Made by a program: the position numbers and the translations under genes
Source of the DNA: Eledone cirrhosa
Taxonomy: Eukaryota
DNA: 64,000 nucleotides
NCBI GenBank assembly: GCA_964016885.1
Contig: OZ024740.1
Coordinates: forward strand, 378,014,001-378,078,000
Reading direction: 5' to 3'
Shown: positions 45,166-59,880 of the stretch, piece after piece
Layout of the letters: every line of letters begins with the position of its first letter
Numbering within the stretch: the first letter of the stretch is position 1
Notes under the pieces: generated by a model
Told to the model about the DNA's origin: nothing
The model's database searches: none
The model's input: only the letters and a program-made list of their open reading frames with translations

Positions 45166-45559
45166 TAAATTTACCTAAATTAAAAATCAATAATTATTTC
45201 TAATATAGGTACACATGACCAGAACAATGCAACAGACACTAGTACTTGACTTATATACTTAAGCAGAAAATTTCAATATATTGTGCCCAGCATACCTTTC
45301 TCAAGGACACTAAGTTTTGTTACATGAATGTTTATATTTTAACTTGTCAAGTTCTTCAGGTTATATATATGATCTATGAATTTTGATTCATATCTTCACA
45401 GTTTCTAAATTTCAAGACTGTAAAATATTATGGCAGTTGATTCAAATATCATTAAGTAATTCTTTTATATAATTTCTTTTACTTGTTTCTTTGAAAAATA
45501 TAAGTTCATTGAATGTTTTGTCTTTTATTCAACTGTTTTCAATGATTTTGTCTTTCAAT

Positions 45560-48500
45560 CTCCACCCTCCACCTCACCCCACCCTCCCTTCCTCCCTCAC
45601 ACACCTAAACCCCACCACTTGTTGTCACCATACCCCCTGACCTCCCCCTTTCCGCACCTGAGCACTCACTCCTCAGTAGAGGCCTTCGCTTCATACCCCA
45701 CACTCCGCACAGCGACGAGTTCCGCACCCGAACGGAAGTCGAGCGATTCGAGCGACGCACGAAACTACAGGCACATTTCGGTCAAACGCCACCGGCTCCG
45801 AACACCCCAGACCCCTTTCTCGCCCTCGGCCGACAACCATCTTCTTGGACGCCGGCCCCAGGGCAATTTAGAACCCTGGACGCGTTCGTCGATGCCAGCC
45901 GTAGCGCAGTAAATCGCTTCAACTTCCGCCACCAGTCCCAACGGAATAACATCTCACGGGGCGAACTCCTCGCTCTCCGCTCCCTCCGTAGCCGAGATTA
46001 CATCGTCATCAAACCGGCAGACAAGGGAGGCGCCATGGTGGTGTGGCGCGCTGACCTCTACACGGCCGAAGCCCTCAGGCAGCTCCGTAACCCCCCTCTT
46101 CTACTGCTCTCTACCCTCCGATCCCACACCCCTCTACCAACAACAAGTTTCCTCCACCATCCAACACCTTGTCTCCTCCTCCCTCCTCCCCCCACCGCTT
46201 CCCACCTCATCGTCCGCACCCCCACTATGTACTTCCTCCCCCAAACTCCACAAACCCGACAACCCCGGCCACCCCATCGTCTCCGCTTGCAACTGCCCCA
46301 CCAAACTCATCTCTGCCTTTCTTGACTCCATCCTCGCCCCCCTTGTCACCACCCTCCCCTCCCACATCTCCGACACCAACCACGCCCTTCGCCTATTCAA
46401 CTCCTTCACCTTCCCACCCAGCCCACAGCCCTTCCTCTTCACCCTATATATCAAGTCGCTCTATACAGTCATCCCCCACGCTGACAGCCTAAGTGCCATC
46501 AAGCACTACCTCGACCTTGGCCCCTCCCCATCCCCTCCACCCCCACCCTCCTTCACCTCGCCGAGCTGGTCCTCATCCTCAACTGTTTCTCCTTCTCGGG
46601 TGAGTTTTTCCAACATGTCACGGGGGTAGCCATGGGCACAAAAATGGGCCCAAACTATACCAACCTTTTCGTTGGCCATGTTGAGGCCCAAATCTTTGCC
46701 CAGTACACCGGCCCCACGCCCGAACTGTACGGTCGTTACATCAACGACTGCATCGGAGCCACGACCCTCACCCGAGAACAGCTCGACTCCTTTCTCTCCT
46801 TCTTCTGCTCCTTCCACCCCTCCCTCCACTTCACCACCTCTATCTCCACCACCCACATCCACTTCTTAGACATCTCCGTCGCCTTCGACCCCTCCCACCA
46901 CTCCCTCGTCACCTCCGCCTTCTTCAAATCCACCGACTCCCACTCCTACCTCGATTTCACCTCTTCCCACCCTACACATACTAAACACTCCATTCCCAAC
47001 TCCTCAGGATCCACCGCCTCTGTAGCCGAGATGCTGACTTTGAGTCCCAGGCCCTTTCCCTAGTCAGCCATTTCATCCGCAGAGGTTCCCCCCCCCCTCT
47101 CATCTGTGCCCGTGCTGTCCACCGCTCCACCACCCTCACCCCCACCCACCGTCTCCTCTTCCCCATCACCTACCACCCCTCCACCGCACCATCCTCCGCC
47201 TCTTCCGACCTCTCCACCTCCCACATCTTCCCAGCCCCACCACTCCCCTCCTTCAAACGCGCACGCAATCTCCGCACCCTCCTCGTCCACAGCTCCCTAC
47301 CCCCAACCCACGCTCTCTCTCCCTCCCGGTTCCCTTCCCTGTTCCAAGCCTCATTGCAACACTTGTCCCCAACACCACCACCTTCCAGGGTCCCAGCGGC
47401 CATTCTCTCTCTGTCCGACATGCCTTCCGCTGCACCTCCTCCAACCTAGTCTATGGACTTCGCTGCACGGAGTGCAGCGCAACCTACGTCGGACAGACTG
47501 GACGTCGCCTTGGGGGCCGTTTTACCGAACACCTCCGGGATATTCGTCTCGGCGGTAGTTCCCCCATCGCCCGCCACTTTGGCGCCCCTGGACATTCCGC
47601 GCACCAGTCTGTGGCCTACTCCAATGCCACGGAACACCCGCCACCCTCCTCAGAGTCGAACAACGCACCATCTTCACCCTACAGACCCACACTCCCCCCG
47701 GCCTGAACTCCCCACCCTTATTCCTTTAGCCTTCGACGGCTCTCCCCCCTTCCCCCACACATATCCCCCACTAACACCACTAAGACACTCCTCCTTTTCA
47801 CCGCCCACCCCACAACTAACAATACTAACACCCCCACCCACACCCAACTAACAATACTAACATCCCTCCTTTCTTCTACCCCCCTCCCCTTATCACACGC
47901 ACACACCCACTGGTACATATATACACGCACTCACACTAACCACACACCCTACTACCACCACTAACCCTCACATCCACCCCCACCACCCCGCAACTAATAT
48001 AACTACCCTCCCCTCGTACACGAACACACACATCCACTTACACCACCCACTTTACACACCCTACCACCACTGACCACCACTAACACCCGCATTTAACCCT
48101 TTCCCCACCACCAGTATACTAACACCCCCTTCACCACACACACACACTCATCCAAACACGCACACACACACCAGTACACTACATTCCCTCCACCGGCCCT
48201 CACACCTTTCTCTCCCTCTCCCCTTCCCCGCTCCACCCACACACACATACACATCCCACTAACACCTCTACTAATACACACACACCCTCCCCACTCCAAC
48301 TTTCACACCTACCCATCCTCTCCCCTGTCCACCGCATCTCCGCACACACTGACACACCGACTTTCTCCACCTGCCATTCTCCCCGACTGCTGCTATGCCC
48401 CTCCTCCTGCCTTGACCCTCTCACCACTTCCTGTTGTGCGCGCACGACACATCTCCCCTCTTCCGACCAACCCAGCCACGGATTACACACATTGGACATC

Positions 48501-49200
48501 GCTCCCAAGAATCAACTACATCACAAGGAAATTACCCAGCATCCCACCACATCCTCTACGGAACTACCTTAGGAACTCACCCACGAACATACACTCAAAA
48601 AAAATTTTTTTCCCACACGCCACTTACATCCACAATACGTATAAACACCACACACACGTGCGTACCTCCACATATTTACACACTCAGCCTCCGGAATCCT
48701 CTCCCCCCACCCCTCTGACCCCTCCCCATCCACACACACCGACCTCCACCCCACCCCACACACACCTTTTCCTGAACATGCAATCGCGTTCTTCCCCCAA
48801 CTCTCACTTTCACATACACACACACACGTACACCTACACACACACACCACCTTCACCCTTCCCTGCTCGGACACCCCGCCTCCCTCTCCCCACTCCACCC
48901 ACCACCACCCCTACACACCCACACCCTTCCACCACTTGTTTTACTTCATGTTTATTTTTATTTTTATTATGCTTTTTTATTTAATTTCATTTGTACTGTT
49001 TCCTCTCACCCCCTTTTTTCTATATGTCTCTCCACCACTCCTCTACATACCCTTGGAACTCTCTTCACACACACTTTTCACCTGAAGAAGGGCTTATGCC
49101 CGAAACGTCGTTCCCCACCACCACCCCACTCTCAAGAGCGTGAAACTAATAAACCTTTGTTCGTACTGCCTCTCTGTTTTGTTCCCGTTCAATTTTTCAC
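45560..49200 (+). mobile_element. Penelope-like element (Neptune-like), degenerate, C-rich, with long 3' UTR and hammerhead
   Basis: IKPADKGGA, MGTKMGPNY, RYIND, FLDI; zinc knuckle then VYGLRC..C...YVGQTGRRL (GIY-YIG); ends PPGLN at ~47710; 3' end abuts (TA)n. Confidence 0.88.
49077..49112 (+). ncRNA. Minimal hammerhead ribozyme
   Basis: CTGAAGA-A-GGGC/GCCC-GAAA-CG-TC, the minimal PLE-type form that would need dimerisation. Confidence 0.78.
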
Positions 49201-49231
<31 letters not shown>

Positions 49232-49237
49232 ATATAT

Positions 49238-50638
49238 CATCATCATCATCATTGTTTAACGTCCATCTTCCACGCTAGCATGGGTTAGACGGGAGTTGTT
49301 CCACTTGAAGCAAGGTTGGTCGGGTGACCGTATCTCTCTCATATAGGACTATCTGGCAGGTTTTCAACGGCTGGATGCCCTTCCTAACACCAACCACGTT
49401 TACAGTGTGGTACTGGGAAGTTTTTACTGTGTTACCTACACGGCCAGATTACAGCGTGGACTGTGTTTTTTTGTCGTGACACCTACACGATCTCGATCTC
49501 ATTATCTCATTTATTTGGACTGGATGTTGTGGTACCAACTTTACAGAGAGAGGTGGTGTTGGTGGGAGTGGGAGGATAGGGTAGGGGTAGTGGATTGGGG
49601 TGTATATTTGGTTGAGAGGTGCCTACTGACTGTAGGTTTCGCTTTGTACATAGGCAGTGATCTCGGTCCAGTGACATTGTCTTAGAGAGGTGCAAGTGTG
49701 TAAGGTCAGAATTTATCAGATCGTCCCAGGTTTTTCTGGGTCTACCTACTCCGTAACTACCATTTGATCGCCCTGCACTTTTTTATGCTGCTGTCGTCTT
49801 TTATGCGCATCATGTGACCATACCAACGTAATCTTCTCTCAAGTAAAAAACATCTGATCCCCCTTATTCCTAATTTCTCACTTAGTTCATTTATGCTTTG
49901 TTGTTCACGTATATTAATATTACACATCCAACGGAGCATGCATGCTTCGTTCTTTTCCAGTCTGCGCAGGTCCTCTGCACGCAATGTCCATGTCTCACTG
50001 CCATGTAGCATTGCTGTTCATATACAGGCATCATACAATCTGACTTTCATTTTTAGAGAGAAACCTTTTGTGGCCAACAACGGTATAAGCTCTCTGAAAT
50101 TTTTCCATCCCGTTCTGATTCTGGCTACTGTATTTTCAGAGCACCCTCCACCACTGCTGATTTTGTCACCCAGATAACCACTATTTCTATAGAACCATCT
50201 GGGCAATAGAATGAGCTAGTATTCTGTGGGCATTTGCTGCTACTTATTGCACCTGAGCACCAGCCACATATAAATTCTACGTTCTTAGATAGTTTACCTG
50301 TGATCCCACTACATTTTATGTACCCATACTTTACATTTGGGACATAAAATGGAATTTCTGCCTACTCCTTTCCTACACACTGAGCATGGCCATTTCCCTG
50401 AGGGCACCTGTGCCCTATTTTCCTTTCTACAAACTAGAACGTTAGCCTTAGACAAGTTAACTTTAAGGCCTTTTGATTCTAGGCCATGCTTCCATGTTTG
50501 GAATTTCTTCTCCAGTTCAGCCATTGATTCAGCTATGAGCATTAGATCATCTGCGTATAGGAGTTCCCATGGGCAGCCGGTCTTGAACTCCTCTGTTATA
50601 GCCTGAAGGGCAATAATAAATAGGAGGGGGCTAAGGAC
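49238..50638 (-). mobile_element. Older RTE family A copy, 5'-truncated and degenerate
   Basis: LSPLLFII...YADD...PHD, ORFs 49757-50011 and 50018-50206; (CAT)n at 49238. Confidence 0.92.
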
Positions 50639-50720
50639 ATATATATATATATAAATATATGTATATATATATATATATACATACATGTATATATATATAT
50701 GTATATACATACATGTATAT

Positions 50721-50769
<49 letters not shown>

Positions 50770-50810
50770 CATACATGTATATATATAAGTATATACATAC
50801 ATGTATATAT

Positions 50811-50857
<47 letters not shown>

Positions 50858-50906
50858 CATACATGTATATATATATATATATATAAATATATATACATAC
50901 ATGTAT

Positions 50907-50940
<34 letters not shown>

Positions 50941-50958
50941 GTATATACATACATGTAT

Positions 50959-51003
<45 letters not shown>

Positions 51004-51014
51004 CATACATGTAT

Positions 51015-51059
<45 letters not shown>

Positions 51060-51072
51060 CATACATGTATAT

Positions 51073-51117
<45 letters not shown>

Positions 51118-51144
51118 CATACATGTATATATATATATGTATAT

Positions 51145-51177
<33 letters not shown>

Positions 51178-51188
51178 AATATATATAA
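50639..51188. repeat. Higher-order (TA)-based tandem repeat
   Basis: Recurring GTATATACATACATGT plus (TA)n plus AA unit, period mostly ~55-65 bp. Confidence 0.9.
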
Positions 51189-52541
51189 CTTTGAAATGTT
51201 TTGGCCAGTATTGGCCCAGGCCATGTCTAACTTAATAGCACCACCTGGCGAAGTCTTTCAATTCAGGATTTGGGCACCATGGCCCATTCGAGAAGAGAAT
51301 TACTGTTTGCGGAGACATATCCGGGTGTGGGTGGTTTGTCCGGGATTACTTGGAGGAATTTGTCCAAAGACTTCTTGAATTTTGTGTGGTCAGTTTCTGT
51401 TTTGACGTGTCCTGGTGTGATGTTGAAGAGAGCAGGGCCGATTGAGGTGAAATAATTGTGCCGTATTGTTGTTATGAGTTGCGATTTAGATTTTTGAATG
51501 GGACGGATAGCACGGGGCCCAAGCCTTGGGTGTATCTTGAAGGCGATGCCAACATCATTTGGGCAGTGATGATGGAACATTTTCCACATCATGCAGATAA
51601 TATAACGCTCACGGCGACGTTGGAGTGAGTAAAGTTTCAGGTTTTCCAATCGACCCCAGTAGTCAAGGTCTGACATGCCATCTATCTTTTTCGTGATTGC
51701 CCTTTGAGGAGCTTCAAGTTTCATGATACTTTGTTTCGTGTGGGGAGACCACAGTGGACAACAGTATTCAAGGTGTGGTCGGGCGAAAGTAGAGAAGAGA
51801 AGGATAATGGTGCGGGAATCTCTCGACTGGAAGGTTCTGAGGATCCAGGAACACATTCTGCGGGCCATGTCAACTTTGCTGCTTATATGCGTGGTCCAGC
51901 TTATGTTGCTGTCCACGGTTACTCCCAAGTCTCTGATGTTGTTAGATGCCACGAGAGTTTCCCCGGAGGGAAGGGAGTACGGGAGTTTCAGAGCATCCTC
52001 TTTTCCAAAGTGGATCAGTTCGAATTTGTCTTCGTTCAGTAACATGTTGTTCTTTTCTGCCCATTGGGTAACAGCCAGTAGGTCTGACTGAAGGCTTATC
52101 CGGTCATCCACGCCATTGATGACCTTTTGGAGCTTGGAATCATCAGCGAAAATTTTAATGTTGCTGTGTTTGATGATGTCAGTGATGTCATTAATATAGA
52201 TGATGAAGAGAAGTGGGCCCAACACAGTGCCTTGTGGGACTCCACTACTGACTTTGGCTGGGCTTGATTTGACTCCCTCAACTACAACATGTTGGGTTCT
52301 GTTTGACAGGAAGCTCTTGATCCACTGCAGCAGCTTTCCAGTGACACCAATATTGGACAGCTTTCTCAGTAGAATGTTATGATCAACCCTGTCAAAGGCC
52401 TTGCTGAAATCAAGGTAGATAACATCAGTGTTGGAACCCTCTCCCAAGGCTCTCAAAATGTCATCAAAGTGATGCAGTAGTTGCGTCAGGCAATCCCTTC
52501 CATTACGGAATCCATGCTGGTTGGAGTTCAGCATATTGTTA
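51189..52541 (-). mobile_element. CR1-group LINE, 5'-truncated, RT frame uninterrupted
   Basis: ORF 51263-52534: QHGFR, DFSKAFD, GVPQGTVLGP, FADD, RPHLEY..WSP; short 3' UTR with GGCCA/TGGCC hairpin ending in (TA)n. Confidence 0.93.
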
Positions 52542-52571
52542 CTCTCAAGGTGAAACTAATAAACCTTTGTT

Positions 52572-53786
<1,215 letters not shown>

Positions 53787-53788
<2 letters not shown>

Positions 53789-53872
53789 CCCCCCACCCCA
53801 CTCTCAAGAGCGTGAAACTAATAAACCTTTGTTTGTACTGCCTCTCTGTTTTGTTCCCGTTCCATTTTTCAC
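53787..53872 (+). mobile_element. Orphan 3' terminus of the Neptune-like PLE
   Basis: Near-identical to 49121-49200; shorter copy at 52542-52572. Confidence 0.85.
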
Positions 53873-53934
53873 TATACATATATATATATATATATGTATA
53901 TACATATTGTTATACATATATATATATGTGTGTG

Positions 53935-54920
53935 TGTGTGTAGGAATGGAGTAGGTAGAAACTCCATTTTATGTCCCAAATGCAAAGTTTGGGTGCATAA
54001 AAGATGTAGTGGGATCACAGGTAAGCTAACTAAGAACATAGATTTTATATGTGGCCGGTGTTCTGGTGCAATAAGTAGCAGCAAGTGCCCACAAAATACT
54101 AGCTCATTCCATTGCACATATGGTTCTATAGAAATAGTGGACAGCTTCCGTTACCTGGGTGACAAAATCAGCAGTGGGGGAGGGTGCTCTGAAAGTACAG
54201 TAGCTAGAGTCAGAACGGGATGGAAAAAGTTCAGAGAGCTTATACCACAATTGGCCGCTAAAGGGTTCTCCCTAAAAATGAAAGGCAGGTTGTATGATGC
54301 CTGCATACGAACAGCAATGTTGCATGACAGTGAGACCTGGGCATTGTGTGCAGAGGATATACGCAGATTGGAGAGGAACGAAGCTTGCATGCTCCGCTGG
54401 ATGTGTAATAGTAATATACGTGAACGGCAAAGCATAAACAAACTAAGGGAAAAATTAGAAATAAGAGGGATCAGATGTTGTTTACTCGAGAGAAGACTAC
54501 TTTGGCGCTACACAGTAATAGAGAAGACCCGCCTTACCTAAATACAAAATGAAACCTACTACAGTCAGTAGGCACCTCTAACAAAATACACCCTTGTCCC
54601 ACTACCCCCACCCCATCCACACCACCCCTTTCTATGTAAAGTTATGTTGGTACCACAACATCCAGCCCGAAACAAATAAGGTCGTGTAGGTGTCACGACA
54701 AAAAAAACACACAGTCCACGTTGTAATGTGGCCGTGTAGGCAACACGGTAAAAACCTCCCAGTTCCACACTGTAAATGTGGTTGGTGTTAGGAAGGGCAT
54801 CCAGCCGTAGAAAACCCGCCAGACAGTCCTATGCGAGCAAGACAACCACTCTTGCCTCAAGTGGGAAAACTCCCGTCCAAACCCATGCATGCGTGGAATG
54901 TGGACGTTAAACGATGATGA
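53935..54920 (+). mobile_element. RTE family A 3' fragment with ~174-bp internal deletion
   Basis: ORF 53894-54541 with RRLL|WRY junction; 3' UTR and GAT tail. Confidence 0.93.
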
Positions 54921-55177
54921 TATATATACATATATATATATACATATATGTATATACATATATGTATATATATACATATATAAACATATATATATACATA
55001 AACATATATATATACATATATATATACATAAACATATATATATACATATATATACATAAACATATATATATACATATATATATACATATATATATACAAT
55101 ATATATATACATATATATATATACATATATATATATACATATATATATATACATATATATATATACATATATATATA

Positions 55178-56102
55178 CAATCTCTGGGAGGGCCCTGTAG
55201 AAACAGTAGACAGCTTCTGCTACCTAGGTGACCGAATTAGCAACGGAGGTGGGTGCTCAGAAAGTACAATAACTAGGGTAAGAACGGGATGGAAGAAGTT
55301 TAGGGAACTACTACCACTGCTAGCTGCAAAAGGCTTCTCCCTCAGAATGAAAGGCAGACTGTATGATGCGTGTATCCGAACAGCGATGTTGCATGGTAGT
55401 GAGACCTGGGCGCTGAAGGTGGAAGACTTACGTAGATTAGAGAGAAACGAAGCCTGCATGCTCCGATGGATGTGTAACAGTAATATACGTGAACGACAAA
55501 GCATAAATGAATTGAGAGAGAGACTGAGCATAAGAGGAATCAAATGCTGCGTGCAGGAGAGGCGGTTACGCTGGTATGGACATGTGATGCGTATGAAGGA
55601 TGACAGCTGCATAAAAAGGTGCAGAGCACTAGAAGTTGATGGAAACCGCGGAGTGGGGAGACCCAAGATGACTTGGGATGAGGTGATAAAAGCCGACCTT
55701 ACCCAACTACACCTCTCAAAGTCAATGACACACGACCGTGACTTCTGGCGTCACGCAGTAATACAGGGTACCCGACCTCCCATGGGTACATGCTGAAGCA
55801 TATAAACAATATGCCCCCCCCCCCCCACCGCAAGGTGGTCGTGGAGGTGCCACGGCAAAAAAGCACCCAGCCCACACTGTAAAGTGGACGTGTAGGCGCC
55901 ACGAAAAAGCACCCAGCACTCACTGTAAATGAGGTTGGTGTTAGGAAGGGCATCCAGCTGTAGAAATCAAGCCAGATCAGTTCCTGTATGAGCAAGGCAT
56001 GGTCAGCCGACCAGACACTGCCCACAACAGGACAACCCGTCTAACCCATGCTAGCGTGGAAGAACAGACGTAAAACGGTGATGATGATGATGATGATGAT
56101 GA
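55178..56102 (+). mobile_element. RTE family B 3' fragment with (GAT)n tail
   Basis: ORF 55347-55796. Confidence 0.93.
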
Positions 56103-56229
56103 TATATATACACATATATATACATATATATATACATATATATACATATATATATATATACATGTACATATATATATATACATATACATATATATATATA
56201 CATATATGCATATACATATATGCATTTAC

Positions 56230-56268
<39 letters not shown>

Positions 56269-56312
56269 CATATATATATACATATATATATATATATACA
56301 TATACACATATA

Positions 56313-56362
<50 letters not shown>

Positions 56363-56381
56363 TGCATATATATATATATAT

Positions 56382-56522
56382 ATCTATCTATCTAAGGCGG
56401 GTAAAATTCCCGAGATCCATGGACGAGCTCTCTCCAGCGGTCTCTGTCCCTCATTATCACTGCCATGTCCTGCATCTCCAACAGACCAGTGTCTGTCCTT
56501 AGGGCATCAACATACGTTAACC
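56382..56522 (-). mobile_element. 3' end of the (TAGA)n-tailed LINE family
   Basis: Reverse complement of 20435-20572. Confidence 0.85.
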
Positions 56523-57385
56523 CAAAGGAGCATACATATATTGTTATACTTTGGGAGGGTCATGTTGCCAATAAGAAACACACGCACCAGTTGCTTTCAC
56601 TCCAATTTATTATAAATTAAAGAGTTTTGTAAATTTCCGGTTGGTTGGTTGGTTCCACAACCGGACAGTTGTTCATATATTGTCAAAGTTCTTTCGTCAC
56701 ACATTCTGTGACCTCTTCATTGACTGGGGATTCTTTTCTTTGTTTTGTGCCTCTCCTTTGTTCTGTCCTACGCCATCTTGTTTTTGTGCATGTTGTGTGC
56801 TTAGTTTACGCATGTGTTACATCCGGGTGTCTGTGTGTGTTTTTATTTGTTTATTTACATGTTACTAGTTGGTTGTTTGTTCTATGTGTGTGTGTTTTCA
56901 TTTTGTCCTTAATTGTAAGTTGTGTTGTTGCTATTCCATTCATGTTTTCTATTTAATTTTGGTTGGAGTTCATTTATGTTTATTGCCTCTGTGATTTGTC
57001 TAAACATTGCGTCTTTTCTGTGTGCAGATTTTATTTTTATTTCTATGCTCTTGCCAGTGTTCATTTAATCTTTCTCCTATACTACGAGCTGTCTCACCTA
57101 TGTACATTATATTCTTATCTTTACATTGCCCCTCAGTACATCTTATGCTATATACTATGTTTCTAGTTTTGCAGTTAATATGGGGGCTTAGTTTACAGAT
57201 TATGCATTTCTTATCTATACAGGGAGGTTTTTGAAAAGGGTATGTATTACTAATAAGTGTTTTTATGGACGTACCTGGTCTTTCCACTATCTTAATATTT
57301 AGTTTAAGTTTATCTAGGGCCCTTTCTAAATTTGTAAGCTAGTTCACCTCTAGGGGTTGTATTTATGAACATTACACTCTGGTAT
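56523..57385 (-). mobile_element. Third PLE family fragment: GIY-YIG C-terminus and pLTR with degenerate hammerhead
   Basis: ORF 57000-57287: C..C..C..C..IVYSIRC...MYIGETARSIGERLNEH; motif GTCA-ATGAAGA-G-GTCACA/TGTGAC-GAAA-GAAC-TT-TGAC at 56682-56724. Confidence 0.78.
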
Positions 57386-57491
57386 TTATTGCTATATACA
57401 TAATATATATATACATATATGTATACATATATGTATACATATTTATTGTTATATACATATATATATATATATACATATATGTATATAAATA

Positions 57492-59880
57492 AAACGTGAG
57501 GTGTTCAGGATTGCCAGGCAATGTGTCAAGGAAAACCGTGATATTGTCGGGGAAAAGTGTGTGCTTAACGATGATGGCATACTTGCCATCACCGACGCTG
57601 ATAAGAAGGTAGCTTGGAAGTGTCACTACGAAAGGCTTCTAAATGAGGAGAACAAATGGGAGAAAGACAGTCTCTCCCACATCGACCCAATAGAGGGACC
57701 AGCAGTGTTAGTCCAGGGTAGTACAATAAGCAAGGCAATCAAAGATATGAAGACGGGTAAGGCGGCTGGTCCTTCGGAAATAGTTGCTGAGATGCTGAAG
57801 GCATCTGGTTCGGTGGGACACACCATGGTCACCCGGATAGTTAACCAAGTCGTACAGAATGGGGTTGTTCCGAAGGACTGGCGTAGCAGCATCATCGTTA
57901 ACTGCTATAAGGGAAAAGGAGATGCCCTAGATAGGAGTAACTATAGAGGCATTAAATTAATCGACCAGGTCATGAAGGTCACGGAAAAAGTAATAGCGCA
58001 ACTAATCAGAGAGAGAATTGATCTAGATGAAATGCAGTTCGGGTTTGTGTCAGGCAAAAGTACCACAGACGCTCTTTTCATTGTACGACAACTACAGGAG
58101 AAGTACCTAGCTAAAAGTAAACCCCTATACTTAGCTTTCGTCGACTTGGAGAAAGCCTTCGACAGAGTCCCCCGTTCCATTATCTGGTGGTCTCTTAGAA
58201 AACTAGGTGTTGACGAATGGCTTGTGAGAGCTATACAAGCCATGTATAAAGAAACAGTCAGTAAGGTTAGAATTAACAACGAATATAGTGAAGAGTTTAG
58301 CGTAAAAGTTGGTGTCCATCAGGGCTCTGTTCTTAGCCCCCTACTATTTATTATTGCCCTTCAGGCTATAACAGAGGAGTTCAAGACCGGCTGCCCATGG
58401 GAACTCCTATACGCAGATGATCTAACGCTCATAGCTGAATCAATGACCGAACTAGAGAAGAAATTCCAAACATGGAAGCACGGCCTAGAATCAAAAGGCC
58501 TTAAAATTAACCTGGCTAAGACAAAAGTTCTAGTTTATAGGAAAGAAAATATGGCGGCAGTCCCATCTGGGAAATGGCCATGCTCAGTGTGTAGGAAAGG
58601 CGTAGGTAGAAACTCCATTTTATGTCCCAAATGCAAAGTATGGGTGCATAAAAGATGTAGTGGGATCACAGGTAAGCTAACTAAGAACATAGATTTTACA
58701 TGTGGCCGGTGCTCTGGTGCAATAAGTAGCAGCAAGTGCCCACAAAATACTAGCTCCTTCAACTGCGCAGAGGGTTCTATAGAAATAGTGGACAGCTTCC
58801 GTTACCTGGGTGACAAAATCAGCAGTGGGGGAGGGTGCTCTGAAAGTACAGTAGCTAGAGTCAGAACTGGATGGAAAAAGTTCAGAGAGCTTATACCACT
58901 ATTAGCCGCTAGAGGGTTCTTCCTAAAAATGAAAGGCAGGTTATACGATGCCTGCATACGAACAGCAATGCTGCATGGCAGTGAGACCTGGGCATTGTGT
59001 GCAGAGGATATACGCAGACTAGAGAGGAACGAAGCTTGCATGCTCCGCTGGATGTGCAATAGTAATATACGTGAACGGCAAAGCATAAACGAACTAAGGA
59101 AAAAATTAGAAATAAGAGGGATCAGATGTTGTTTACTCGAGAGAAGGCTACGTTGGTACGGTCACGTGATGCGCATGAAAGACGACAGCTGTATAACAAA
59201 GTGCAGGGCAATAAAGATAGACGGTAGCCACGGAGTAGGCAGACCCAGAAAAACATGGGACGAGCTGATAAATTCCGACCTCACACGCTTACACCTCTCC
59301 AAGACAATGTCACTGGACCGAGACCTTTGGCGGTACTCAGTAATAGAGAAGACCCGCCTTACCTAAATACAAAGTAAAAACCTACTACAGTCAGTAGGCA
59401 TCTCTATCAAAACACCCCCCCGTTCCACCACCTCCACCCCATCCACACCGCCCCTTTCAATGTACAGTTATGTTGGTCCCACAACATCCAGGCCGAAACA
59501 AATGAGATCGTGTAGGTGTCACGACAAAAAAACACACAGTCCACGCTGTAAATGTGGCCGTGTAGGCAACACGGTAAAAACCTCCCAGCCCCACACTGTA
59601 AATGTGGTTGGTGTTAGGAAGGGCATCCAGCCGTAGAAAACCCGCCAGACAGTCCACGCTGTAATGTGGCCGTGTAGGCAACACGGTAAAAACCTCCCAG
59701 CCCCACACTGTAAATGTGGTTGGTGTTAGGATGGGCATCCAACTGTAGAAAACCCGCCAGACAGTCCTATGCGAGCAAGACAACCACTCTTGCCTCAAGT
59801 GGGAAAACCCCCGTCCAAACCCATGCAAGCGTGGAACACGGACGCTAAACCTGATGATGATGATGATGATGATGATGATA
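57492..59880 (+). mobile_element. Young RTE family A copy, 5'-truncated, with (GAT)n tail
   Basis: Uninterrupted 621-aa ORF 57501-59366; 3' UTR with ~113-bp tandem duplication (59537-59649 / 59650-59761). Confidence 0.96.
57501..59366 (+). CDS. RTE reverse transcriptase with embedded PHD finger (5'-truncated frame)
   Basis: All RT motifs, YADD, and C4HC3 between KTKVL and FRYLG. Confidence 0.85.
   Translation: MFRIARQCVKENRDIVGEKCVLNDDGILAITDADKKVAWKCHYERLLNEENKWEKDSLSHIDPIEGPAVLVQGSTISKAIKDMKTGKAAGPSEIVAEMLKASGSVGHTMVTRIVNQVVQNGVVPKDWRSSIIVNCYKGKGDALDRSNYRGIKLIDQVMKVTEKVIAQLIRERIDLDEMQFGFVSGKSTTDALFIVRQLQEKYLAKSKPLYLAFVDLEKAFDRVPRSIIWWSLRKLGVDEWLVRAIQAMYKETVSKVRINNEYSEEFSVKVGVHQGSVLSPLLFIIALQAITEEFKTGCPWELLYADDLTLIAESMTELEKKFQTWKHGLESKGLKINLAKTKVLVYRKENMAAVPSGKWPCSVCRKGVGRNSILCPKCKVWVHKRCSGITGKLTKNIDFTCGRCSGAISSSKCPQNTSSFNCAEGSIEIVDSFRYLGDKISSGGGCSESTVARVRTGWKKFRELIPLLAARGFFLKMKGRLYDACIRTAMLHGSETWALCAEDIRRLERNEACMLRWMCNSNIRERQSINELRKKLEIRGIRCCLLERRLRWYGHVMRMKDDSCITKCRAIKIDGSHGVGRPRKTWDELINSDLTRLHLSKTMSLDRDLWRYSVIEKTRLT

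Noticed and set aside
45296-45417. Candidate further host exon (AG...GT on minus)
   Set aside because: The frame examined has a stop and shows no similarity to M28B proteins
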